Source: an uncultured Planctomycetota bacterium (GTDB lineage Bacteria > Planctomycetota > Planctomycetia > Pirellulales > Lacipirellulaceae). From it: a DNA stretch of 64,000 nucleotides. Numbering within the stretch: position 1 is the stretch's first letter; each line of letters starts with the position of its first letter. Both the position numbers and the translations under genes were made by a program. The stretch lies in assembly GCA_963719315.1 (NCBI GenBank), contig CAVRBU010000002.1:736001-800000 (forward strand), written 5' to 3'. The notes under the pieces were generated by a model, which had not been told where the DNA came from, did not search any database, and saw only the letters and a program-made list of their open reading frames with translations. Shown one piece after another: positions 48,363 to 58,208 of this stretch.

Positions 48363-49487
48363 CAATTCCGTCTGCAATTTTGCGGCATGGTGTTTTATGC
48401 CGATTGTTAGTTGGGCGGCGCAATGGCGGTAGGCGCCGACGGACTGGCCGATGGGGTCGGCGACGTCGACGCGGTCGGGCATCATCAGGCTGGTGCGGGC
48501 GGCCGCATCGGGCCAGCGTTCGACGATCGACTGCATGTGGCTGTGCGTCATCGCCAGGATGAGGTCGGCGTGCCGCACCAATTGTTCGGTAAGCGGTTGG
48601 GCTTCGTGGCGCGACAAGTCGAGGCCCTGCTCGTTCATCACTTGCACGGCTTCGGCGGCCGGCGGGCAGCCGGGGGCGGCGGCGATGCCGGCGGACATTA
48701 CGGCGAGGCCCCGCTCTTCCAATTCGTCAAGGGTACACTTCAAGCTTTTCGCCAGGCAGTCGCGCATCAGCAACTCGGCCATCGGGCTGCGGCAGGTGTT
48801 GCCGGTGCAAACGATAACGACCACCACGCCGGCGAGCCGCTTCAATGTGGCTTTGCCGACGACGCCCTCGCGGAGAATTTCGAATTTATTGTTTTTCACG
48901 CGGACGACCGACGAAGGCTGGCCGTAGCGGCACGGGCCATCGTCGAGCACAAGTGCGACATCGCCGTCGAGGTATTGTACGACTTCCTGGGCGGTGACGG
49001 CTTCGGCCTGGCCGCTGCGGTTGGCGCTGGTGAGGACGATCGGGCCGGTGAGCATACGGAGCACGTCTTGCGACATGTTGTTGGCCGGCACGCGGAGGCC
49101 AACGGCGCCATTGGGGGCGACGACCTGGAGCACATCGCGTGAGAGCTGGGCAAGTAGGCCGTCGCGATGTTCGTTGTCGACGACGAGCGTTACCGGCCCC
49201 GGCCAGCAACGACGGGCCAGACGTCGGGCCAGCGGCGACAGGTCGGGCACAAAATCGGGCGCTTCTTCGGCACTTTTGATGGCGAGGGCCATTGGTTGGC
49301 CGGTGGGCCGGCCTTTCACCTTGAGCAGTCGTTGAACGGCGTCTGGGCAGCAGGCGCTGGCCGCCAGGCCGTAAACAGTTTCCGTGGGCAGCGCGATGAG
49401 TTGCCCCTCGGCGAGCGCTTGGACGGCACGGTGGACAACGTCTCGGGAGTCCTCGGCGTTACGAATATCGATGACAATCGGCGGCAT
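48360..49487 (-). CDS. tsaC: TsaC/Sua5 threonylcarbamoyl-AMP synthase fused to a low-molecular-weight phosphatase (YwlE-like)
   Basis: LPTETVYGL, KGRP, WPGPVT, TSANRSG, ILREG; then VCTGNTCRSPMAE, DVADPIG. Confidence 0.9.
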   Translation of the reverse strand: MPPIVIDIRNAEDSRDVVHRAVQALAEGQLIALPTETVYGLAASACCPDAVQRLLKVKGRPTGQPMALAIKSAEEAPDFVPDLSPLARRLARRCWPGPVTLVVDNEHRDGLLAQLSRDVLQVVAPNGAVGLRVPANNMSQDVLRMLTGPIVLTSANRSGQAEAVTAQEVVQYLDGDVALVLDDGPCRYGQPSSVVRVKNNKFEILREGVVGKATLKRLAGVVVVIVCTGNTCRSPMAELLMRDCLAKSLKCTLDELEERGLAVMSAGIAAAPGCPPAAEAVQVMNEQGLDLSRHEAQPLTEQLVRHADLILAMTHSHMQSIVERWPDAAARTSLMMPDRVDVADPIGQSVGAYRHCAAQLTIGIKHHAAKLQTEL

Positions 49488-49783
49488 AGGCGAGCGTGCA
49501 AGAACCACGCACTTCGGGCGACAAGCAGCGCGGCAGGCAGGAGCCGGCCGCGGTATTTTCCCGGCGGCGGACCCTCAACTATATCGTTTGCCGGCGGCGC
49601 GGGTCAAGCTACGGCGGCGGGTCGCGTGTAACGCAAATCCTTGGCATACTTAAACTTTTGTCGCGGCGGGGCGGGCGGAGCGGTTGCATTTTTGGCGGAA
49701 TTGGCGACATTGAAATTGGAGGCGAAACGAGAGGCGAGGCGTGGACGCAATGAGGGTTTACGGACGCCTGGCAACGTGACGTC

Positions 49784-49816
49784 CTGGGGGTCGGCTGTGC
49801 TCGACCCCAGGCACCC
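49784..49816. repeat. REP-like repeat CTGGGGG...CTCGACCCCAG(G/C)CACCC (copies at 60358-60396 and doublet at 61208-61283)
   Basis: Closely similar motifs at three sites. Confidence 0.75.
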
Positions 49817-49838
49817 TGGTTCATGCTAGTGCAAGTCT

Positions 49839-50795
49839 ATGTTTACACACCAAGAACATCAGTTTGATCGCCGTCAGTTTGGGCGACTGGCTGCGGGCGG
49901 TTTGCTCGCAGCGGCGGTGGGCGGCTGCGCTAGTTCGGCGTCGGCCGATCAACCGCAGTTGGTGTGGGGTTCGCTCGGGGCAGGTAAGGGGCAATTCTCG
50001 AAGCCGCGGGCGATCACGATCGACGACCAGGATCAGTTGTACATCGTCGATATGACGGCCCGGATTCAGGTGTTTGACGCGGACGGCACTTACATTCGTG
50101 GATGGCAAACGCCGGAGCATACGAACGGCCGGCCGACCGGGTTGTCGTGGGATTCATACGAAGGCAATCTGATGGTGGCCGACACGCATTACAACCGCGT
50201 GTTACGGTACACGCCGGAGGGCGAACTGCTCGTAGACCGGACGCTGGGCGGCACGATGGGCCAGGGGCCGGGCGAGTTCGGGCTGGTGTCGGATGTGGTG
50301 CGCGACGCCACGCACAATTATTACGTCTCTGAATATGGTGAGTACGATCGCATCCAGAAGTTTACGCCCGAGGGGACGTTCACTTTGCAATGGGGCGGGC
50401 ACGGCACCAACCCCGGCCAATTCATGCGGCCGCAGCATTTGGAAATCGATGTCGATGGTTTGGTATGGGTCGCGGATGCGTGCAACCATCGAATCCAGGT
50501 GTTCGACGAGATGGGTAAGCTCGTGAAAATGTGGGGCACGCAGGGGAGCGACGTCGGGCAAATGTATTACCCGTATTGCATCGCGCTCGATGGCAAGGGC
50601 CACGTGTACGTGTGCGAGTTCGGCAACCATCGCGTGCAGAAGTTCACGCTGGATGGAAAGTCGGTGGCGTGCTGGGGGAGCGCGGGGCGGAAGCCGGGGC
50701 AGCTTAATACGCCGTGGGCGCTGGTGCTCGATAGCAAGGAGCGGGTGCACGTGATTGATTCGATGAATCACCGCGTGCAGCGGTTTGTGATGTAA
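49839..50795 (+). CDS. NHL-repeat beta-propeller, putative Tat lipoprotein
   Basis: DRRQF twin-arginine motif, VGGC lipobox, repeated GQFxxP...NHRIQVF. Confidence 0.9.
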   Translation: MFTHQEHQFDRRQFGRLAAGGLLAAAVGGCASSASADQPQLVWGSLGAGKGQFSKPRAITIDDQDQLYIVDMTARIQVFDADGTYIRGWQTPEHTNGRPTGLSWDSYEGNLMVADTHYNRVLRYTPEGELLVDRTLGGTMGQGPGEFGLVSDVVRDATHNYYVSEYGEYDRIQKFTPEGTFTLQWGGHGTNPGQFMRPQHLEIDVDGLVWVADACNHRIQVFDEMGKLVKMWGTQGSDVGQMYYPYCIALDGKGHVYVCEFGNHRVQKFTLDGKSVACWGSAGRKPGQLNTPWALVLDSKERVHVIDSMNHRVQRFVM

Positions 50796-50804
50796 GTGGC
50801 GAAT

Positions 50805-51041
50805 TCAATCGCAACTGCGTGAGCAGCGTTCGATGATGGTTCGTCCAGCGCCTCGGGCTGCAGATATTGCTGCACTGTCACTTTTGAAAGGCCCTTGCCA
50901 TCTGGTTCGTTGTTTTGGGTCGTCGCTCCCGCGTTGACCGTTCCCATCATTGCAGTTTGAGCACGATGCTCTGTGAATTGTCGCATCTCTTCCCGAAACC
51001 GCTCGCCGGTTCTCGTAGTACCACCAGGATTCTGTAGCCAT
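50805..51041 (-). CDS. Small Cys/His-rich hypothetical protein
   Basis: GGAGG RBS; IHRASCSNCNDGNG, WQGPF, CSRSC. Confidence 0.65.
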   Translation of the reverse strand: MATESWWYYENRRAVSGRDATIHRASCSNCNDGNGQRGSDDPKQRTRWQGPFKSDSAAISAARGAGRTIIERCSRSCD

Positions 51042-51087
51042 CGACAAACCTCCAAAATGATGGACTTGAACTCCCAGCAAAGAAGCC

Positions 51088-51942
51088 TCACTGCCGTCGG
51101 CGCTGTGCCGTTTCGCTCTTCATGAACTTTAGCGCATCGCCCGCGAGTTGCTCTTCGGTTTGGTACATGCGGCGCCAGATTTTTGTGGCGGCGCTGATTT
51201 CGGGCAGGGCGAGCCCGAAGGCTTCGACGACCATCCAGCCGTCGTAGCCGGTTTCGTGCAGCGTGTCGAATGTTTCTTTCCAGGCGACGTGGCCCTGGCC
51301 AGGCGTGCCGCGGTCGTTTTCGGAGATGTGGACGTGCACGGTGTATGGGGCCGCAGTGCGAATGGCGTCGGCGATGCCCTTCTCTTCAATGTTGGCGTGG
51401 AAAGTGTCGTACATCATCCGGCAACTTGGATGATTGACTTCGGCGATAAACCGGGCGGTGTCGGCGGCGCAGGTGAGAAAGTACGTTTCAAAGCGGTTGA
51501 GATATTCGACGGCCAGCATCACGCCGACGGATTTTGCGTGCTCTGCGACGGATCGCATGCTTTCGACGCCCCACTTCCATTCGTCCTTAGTGGGTCCGGC
51601 GCCGCTGAAGAGGCCGATCGCTGAGTGATAGGGGCCGCACATCGATTCGGCGCCCAGCGCCTGGCAGCAATCGAGGGTGCGTTTCGTGGCTTCGACACCG
51701 GCGGCGCGGACCTTGGCGTCGGGGGAGATCGGGTTGTCGGCCTCGGTGCGGATGGTGACGACCGTGCGGCGAAAGCCGAGATCGTCGAGCCGCTTGCCCC
51801 AGTCGCGGCAGAGCTTTTCATCGGCACTGAAGATCGGCACTTCGACACCGTCGTAACCGATTTTCTTGAGCTGCTCCAGGACCGGCATTAGGCCATCGTG
51901 CAGGTGGTCGGTCCACAATAGTAGGTTCATTCCGAATTGCAT
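51088..51942 (-). CDS. D-psicose/D-tagatose 3-epimerase-family sugar epimerase
   Basis: GYDGVEVP, EYLNRFETY, YDTFHANIEE, HVHISENDRGTPG, VVEAF. Confidence 0.9.
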   Translation of the reverse strand: MQFGMNLLLWTDHLHDGLMPVLEQLKKIGYDGVEVPIFSADEKLCRDWGKRLDDLGFRRTVVTIRTEADNPISPDAKVRAAGVEATKRTLDCCQALGAESMCGPYHSAIGLFSGAGPTKDEWKWGVESMRSVAEHAKSVGVMLAVEYLNRFETYFLTCAADTARFIAEVNHPSCRMMYDTFHANIEEKGIADAIRTAAPYTVHVHISENDRGTPGQGHVAWKETFDTLHETGYDGWMVVEAFGLALPEISAATKIWRRMYQTEEQLAGDALKFMKSETAQRRRQ

Positions 51943-52224
51943 GATTTGTTTTAACCGCCGATGAACGCTGATGGAAACGGACACTTCGTGGCAGAACAAT
52001 TCTGTTGCGGGAATAACTCCACGTGTGCTCCCAAGCATAGTCTTATGGAGGAGCGATGTCACTCGAAAATGGCGCGGGCGGCGCCTCGCGGATTGAGAGT
52101 TGGGGCGTAAACCGTTAGGCTTATGTTTGGGGCAAGTTCATGTGTTAATGAGGTGGATTCGGCCTGGCGGCCGACGCTAGTCTTACTTTGGTTGCTTTTT
52201 CTTTTAACGATTCTTTTCGCCGCG

Positions 52225-55200
52225 ATGCTGGTATTTAACAGCCCCTGGTATCTGCTGCTGTTGCTGTTGTTGCCGGCGATGTGGTGGTTTAGCTTCCACA
52301 GCCTGAGCGGGCTGGGCCGTTGGCGGCGGCTGCTCGCGCTCGGGCTACGGACGCTGGTGATGTTGCTCATCGTGGCGGCGCTTGCCGAGATGCAATATCA
52401 GCGGACGAGCGATCGGCTTACGGTCATCTACTTGCTCGATCAATCGCTGAGCATTCCAGAAGCCCGCCGGGCGGCGATGATCCGCTACGTGAACGCTTCG
52501 ATCCGCGAGCAGCGGGAGGCGGATAAGAACGACAAGGCGGGCGTCATCGTGTTCGGCCAGAACGCCGAGGTCGAGATTCCGCCGGTCGATTTCAATATTC
52601 AACTCGGCCGCAAAGTCGAGAGCCTGCTGGATCGGGATTACACGAATCTATCCGGCGCATTGCAGCGTGCGATGGCGATGTTCCCGCACGATTCGGCGAA
52701 GCGGATCGTGCTGGTAACGGACGGCAACCAGAATGTGGGCGACGCGCTAGAAGAGGCTCGCGCGGTCGCCGATGCGGGGGTGAGCATCGATGTGATGCCG
52801 GTGCCGCTCGACCGGCGGAGCGATGTTGCGGTGGAAACATTTGCGCTGCCGCCGGATATCCGTCGCAATCAACCGTTCGAGGCGCGGGTCGTCGTCAATA
52901 ATACGTCGACCGACGAGAACGGCGTCGGCAAGAGCGTGAAGGGGCGAATCAAGATCATCCGCAAGGCCGGCGAGCATGAAGATACGTTGGTCGATGAGCC
53001 GCACGAGATCAAGCCGGGCAAGACCGTGTTTCCGTTTCGGCAGGAGATCGATCAGGCAGATTTTTATACCTATGAAGCCCGCTTCGTGCCCGATGATCCG
53101 GCGAGCGACGCGGTCGCTCAAAACAATGTTGCGACGGCGTTCACGCACGTGCAGGGCAAGGGGCTCGTGCTGCTTATCGAAAACGCGGAGACGCCGGGCG
53201 AGTTCGATCATTTGGTGGAGCGGCTACGCAACGAGGGGTTGGAGGTCGTCGTGCAGCCCAGCAATCGGCTGTTTACGTCGCTGCCGGAATTGCAGCGCTA
53301 CGATACGGTGATTCTGGCCGACGTGCCGCGGGCCAGCGGCGACGATGCGGCCACGGTCAGCAACTTCAGCGACGATCAAATCAAGATGCTGGTCCGCAAC
53401 ACGGAAGAGCTGGGTTGTGGCCTGATCATGCTCGGCGGGCCGAATAGCTTCGGCGCCGGCGGTTGGACGAATACCGAGCTTGAAAAGGCGATGCCGGTTG
53501 ATTTTCAAATCAAGAGTGCGAAGGTCGTGCCGGTCGGTGCGCTGGTGCTGAACATGCACGCCAGCGAGATTCCGCAGGCCAACTACTGGCAAAAAGTGAT
53601 CTGCCAGGAAGCCATCAAGGCGCTGGGGCCGCGCGATTATTGCGGCGTTGTGTACTTCGGCAACGTCGATCAGTGGTTGTGGGCGCAATCGACGGGGGGC
53701 ATGGTTCGTGTCGGCGCGAACAAGCAGATGATGCTTTCGAAAATCGACCGAATGGCGATTGGCGACATGCCGGACTTCGACCCGAGCATGAAGAAAGCGG
53801 TGGTCGGACTGGCCAAGTGCAAGGACGCCGCCAACAAGCACATGATCATCGCCAGCGACGGTGATCCGGCCGCGCCGAGCGGGTCGACGATCAGCGCGCT
53901 CAAGGCCGGCGGGATTACGGTGACAACGGTCGCGGTCGGCTCGCATGGGCCGGCCGGGAGCGTCACGCTGCAAAACATCGCGACAGCGACGGGCGGCAAG
54001 TATTACGTGGTGAACAACGCCAATGCGTTGCCGAAGATTTTTCAGCGCAAGGCGCGGCGGATCGCGCGGCCGCTCGTGTATGAGCCACAGCCGCCCGTGA
54101 GTCCGCACGTCACGACGCCGAACGAGATCGTGCAAGGGCTGGGCGACACATTTCCGGCAGTGAGCGGGTTCGTGCTCACGAGCGTGAAAGAGAATTCGCT
54201 CGTGGATGTGGTTCTTACTTCGCCGCTGCCGACGGAGTCTCAAAACGCCACGATCCTGGCCTCCTGGACGTATGGTCTCGGCAAAGCGGTCGCGTTTACG
54301 ACCGACGCCGGCCAGCGGTGGACCACCGATTGGACCGGTTGGAGCGAGTACGATCGGTTCTTCAGCCAGATGGTTCGTTGGTCGATGCGGCCGACCGGCG
54401 ACACCGGGAAGTTCACCGTCGCCATGGAGGTTCAAGGGGGCAAAACGCGGGTGATCGTCTCGGCGCTCGATAAAGATGATGAGTTCCTCAACTACCAAAC
54501 GATGGCCGGCACGGTGTTGTCGCCGAAGATGGAATCGATCCCTCTTACGATGCAACAAACGGCCCCCGGGCGGTACGTGGGCGAGTTTCCTTCGGGCAAG
54601 GCTGGGAGTTACCTGATTTCCGTCCGGGCCGGGAATTCGATGATTCGCACCGGGATGAACGTCGGCTACTCCGACGAGTTCCGCGATCGCGAGACGAATT
54701 CGCCCCTGCTGGAATCGATCGCCGAACTACCGGCCAAGCGGGGCGAGGCAGGCAAGCTGATGCCGCCGCTGCCGGAGTTACCGGATGATGCGTCCAAAGC
54801 CGATCAAAAGCTGCGGCCGCAACTGGCCGTGAACCCGTTCCGCCGCGACTTGCAGCAGGTCGTTTCCAGCCAGGATATTTGGCCATGGCTGGTGCTCGCG
54901 GCAGCTTGCTGTTTTTTTGCCGATGTGTTCGTCCGCCGGGTGCAAATCAATCTACAATGGCTGGTTCCAATTTGGACGCGGTTCCTCGATATTATTCTGC
55001 GGCGCGAAAGGCACGAGGCGGCGCCCGAGACGATGTCGCGGCTGCGGAGTCGCAAGGCGGAGGTGGACCAGTCAATCGAAAGCCGCCGGGCGGCCACGCG
55101 GTTCGATCCCGACGCAGCGCCGCCGGTCGATCCCAACGCGATCCAAGCCGCGGAAGCGAAGGCTACGACGCCGTTGCCGTCGGCGCCGACGGCGCCGAGC

Positions 55201-55311
55201 ACGAAACCTGTCGAGGAAGCCGAAGGCGATGATTACACATCACGACTGTTAAAAGCGAAGAAACAAGTCTGGCAGGATCGGCCGCAAGACAAACCGGATG
55301 CGGAAGACTGA
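52225..55311 (+). CDS. Large membrane VWA-domain protein with glutamine-amidotransferase-like domain
   Basis: LLDQSLS MIDAS, VTDGNQN, GLIMLGGPNSFGAGG, ASDGD, WTYGLGKAVAFTTD. Confidence 0.88.
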   Translation: MLVFNSPWYLLLLLLLPAMWWFSFHSLSGLGRWRRLLALGLRTLVMLLIVAALAEMQYQRTSDRLTVIYLLDQSLSIPEARRAAMIRYVNASIREQREADKNDKAGVIVFGQNAEVEIPPVDFNIQLGRKVESLLDRDYTNLSGALQRAMAMFPHDSAKRIVLVTDGNQNVGDALEEARAVADAGVSIDVMPVPLDRRSDVAVETFALPPDIRRNQPFEARVVVNNTSTDENGVGKSVKGRIKIIRKAGEHEDTLVDEPHEIKPGKTVFPFRQEIDQADFYTYEARFVPDDPASDAVAQNNVATAFTHVQGKGLVLLIENAETPGEFDHLVERLRNEGLEVVVQPSNRLFTSLPELQRYDTVILADVPRASGDDAATVSNFSDDQIKMLVRNTEELGCGLIMLGGPNSFGAGGWTNTELEKAMPVDFQIKSAKVVPVGALVLNMHASEIPQANYWQKVICQEAIKALGPRDYCGVVYFGNVDQWLWAQSTGGMVRVGANKQMMLSKIDRMAIGDMPDFDPSMKKAVVGLAKCKDAANKHMIIASDGDPAAPSGSTISALKAGGITVTTVAVGSHGPAGSVTLQNIATATGGKYYVVNNANALPKIFQRKARRIARPLVYEPQPPVSPHVTTPNEIVQGLGDTFPAVSGFVLTSVKENSLVDVVLTSPLPTESQNATILASWTYGLGKAVAFTTDAGQRWTTDWTGWSEYDRFFSQMVRWSMRPTGDTGKFTVAMEVQGGKTRVIVSALDKDDEFLNYQTMAGTVLSPKMESIPLTMQQTAPGRYVGEFPSGKAGSYLISVRAGNSMIRTGMNVGYSDEFRDRETNSPLLESIAELPAKRGEAGKLMPPLPELPDDASKADQKLRPQLAVNPFRRDLQQVVSSQDIWPWLVLAAACCFFADVFVRRVQINLQWLVPIWTRFLDIILRRERHEAAPETMSRLRSRKAEVDQSIESRRAATRFDPDAAPPVDPNAIQAAEAKATTPLPSAPTAPSTKPVEEAEGDDYTSRLLKAKKQVWQDRPQDKPDAED

Positions 55312-55525
55312 GAGCCACGAAGAGACACGAAAAGACACAAAAACGGATGAAAGAGAGGAACACTAATAAGCACTAATCAATGCTAATGGGAAATTTTCTA
55401 AATCCGGATTAGCGATTATTAGCGTCGATTAGTGTTCCCAAAAATGAATCGATTTTTTTCGTGCCTTCTTGTGGCCAACCGAAATTCACTCAACCATCAA
55501 CCTTTAACTATCAACCATCCTCCCC
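55312..55525. repeat. Nested inverted decamer arrays plus a solo heptamer array
   Basis: GCCACGAAGA-type outer pair, CACTAAT-type inner pair, (ATCAACC)n before the moxR ATG. Confidence 0.85.
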
Positions 55526-56541
55526 ATGTCCATCGCCGAATCGATTGAAAAGCGGGCTGCGCAGTTTGCGGAGCGTTATCAGGCCGTTCAGAAGCAACTG
55601 GGGCGCGTGATCGTCGGGCACGATGATATCGTACACGGCGTGCTCACGTGCCTGTTCGTCGGCGGGCACTGCTTGCTTGAAGGCGTGCCCGGGTTGGGCA
55701 AAACGCTCCTCGTTCGCACGCTCGCCCAAACACTGAGTCTGGACTTCTCGCGGATCCAGTTCACGCCCGATTTGATGCCGGCCGATATTCTGGGCACGAA
55801 CATGATCGTGGAGGATCAAGCGGGGAAGCGCGAGTTTCAATTTCAGAAGGGGCCGATCTTCACGCAGATATGCCTCGCCGACGAAATCAACCGGGCCACG
55901 CCGAAGACGCAGTCGGCCTTGCTCGAAGCGATGCAGGAAAAATCGGTCAGCATTGCCGGCCACGTCTACCAAATGAAGCCGCCGTTCTTTGTGATGGCCA
56001 CGCAAAATCCGATCGAACAGGAAGGCACGTATCCGCTGCCCGAAGCGCAGCTCGACCGGTTCTTTTTCAAGCTGGTCGTCGGCTACTCCAGCCGCGCGGA
56101 GCTCAACACGATCATCGACCGCACGACGAAGGGGACGATCATCAACGCGGATAAGGTGATGGACGGCACGGAAATCGTGCAGTGGCAGCAACTGGTGCGG
56201 GAGGTGATTCTCGCGCCGCACGTGCAGGATTACATTGCCCGGCTCACGTTGGCGACGCACCCCAACGGCCCGTTCGCCGTACCGATCACGAACCAATATC
56301 TGCGCTGGGGGAGCAGCCCGCGCGGGCGCAGACGCTCACGTTAGCGGCAAAAGTGCGGGCGCTGTTGAGCGGGCGGTACAACGTCAGTTTCGAGGACGTG
56401 CGGCGCGCGTTCCTGCCCGCGATGCGGCATCGCGTCATTCTCAATTTCGAGGCCGAGGCCGAGGGGATCGATCAGGATAAAGTGCTACTCGAAATACTGC
56501 AGAAGGTTTCCGAGAAGGCGGACGATACAAAGGTGGCGTGA
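55526..56541 (+). CDS. moxR: MoxR-family AAA+ ATPase, frameshifted near 56325
   Basis: EGVPGLGKT, RIQFTPDLMPAD, LADEINR, ATQNPIEQEGTYPLPEAQLDRF; the expected SPRGAQ is split across frames. Confidence 0.93.
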
Positions 56542-56549
56542 CGGCGGCG

Positions 56550-56822
56550 ATTGAAAAATGCAATTTGCAAGATGCAAATTGTTAGTGCTCAAACTGAAAA
56601 GACGAACCGCCAAGATCGCCAAGAACGCCAAGGAATTCAGAGAGAAATCAACTTGGCATGTAGTTTATCTGTGAAGGGCCGTTCCGGCAGTCTATCGCGT
56701 CTTAATCGTAATAAATGAAGACTTGTGCATCTTGGCGTGCTTGGCGGTTTTCACTTTGAGCAAATAGTCGAATCCCCTTCTGCATTTTTCATTTTGCAAT
56801 TTTCAATTTGCATTTTGCAATT
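56550..56822. repeat. Nested inverted heptamer and nonamer arrays
   Basis: (AATGCAA)-like ... (TTTTGCA)-like outer pair; (AACGCCAAG) ... (CTTGGCG) inner pair. Confidence 0.85.
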
Positions 56823-56844
56823 CTGACCTTCACAGCCCATTGAG

Positions 56845-57770
<926 letters not shown>

Positions 57771-57788
57771 AAGTCGGGGAGGACAATA

Positions 57789-58208
57789 ATGTTTCGATTT
57801 GAGAAACTCGATGCGTGGCAAAAGGCCGTAGTGCTTGCAGACCAGGTTTATGCCTTTACAAAGAGGATCCCCGATACCGAACGGTTCGGTTTGACAAGTC
57901 AGATGCGGCGCTCGGCATTGTCAATTTCATCGAATATTGCGAAAAGCAGCGGCAGAGCCTCGGACGCGGACTTCGCCCGCTTCCTAGAGATTGCATACGG
58001 CTCACTGATGGAAGTCGTGTCACAATCGCACGTTGCCAAACGACAGGGTCTTTTGCAACCAATCGAATATGATGAAGTTTTTCGCGCATCCGAGCGTCTC
58101 GCCCGAATAGTAAGCGGTCTCCGCTCCTCTCTCACCGAGCGCCATGCGAAGCGCCCCGCTTCTGGCCCTCGACCCTCGACACTCGACCCTCGACCCTCCA
58201 ATGTTTGA
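57789..58208 (+). CDS. Four-helix-bundle protein (23S rRNA IVS protein / Avd-like family)
   Basis: FEKLDAWQKA, ERFGLTSQMRRSALSISSNIA, FARFLEIAYGSLME; GGAGG RBS. Confidence 0.92.
   Translation: MFRFEKLDAWQKAVVLADQVYAFTKRIPDTERFGLTSQMRRSALSISSNIAKSSGRASDADFARFLEIAYGSLMEVVSQSHVAKRQGLLQPIEYDEVFRASERLARIVSGLRSSLTERHAKRPASGPRPSTLDPRPSNV
58162..58199 (+). repeat. Right heptamer array (ACCCTCG)n, complementary to the left array
   Basis: GCCCTCG ACCCTCG ACACTCG ACCCTCG ACCCTCC, then A-ATG. Confidence 0.9.

Noticed and set aside
53224..54558. 444-aa minus-strand ORF
   Set aside because: Antisense to the VWA gene.
57789..58208. Diversity-generating retroelement (Avd-like gene)
   Set aside because: No reverse transcriptase and no TR/VR repeat pair differing at adenines is visible in the window.
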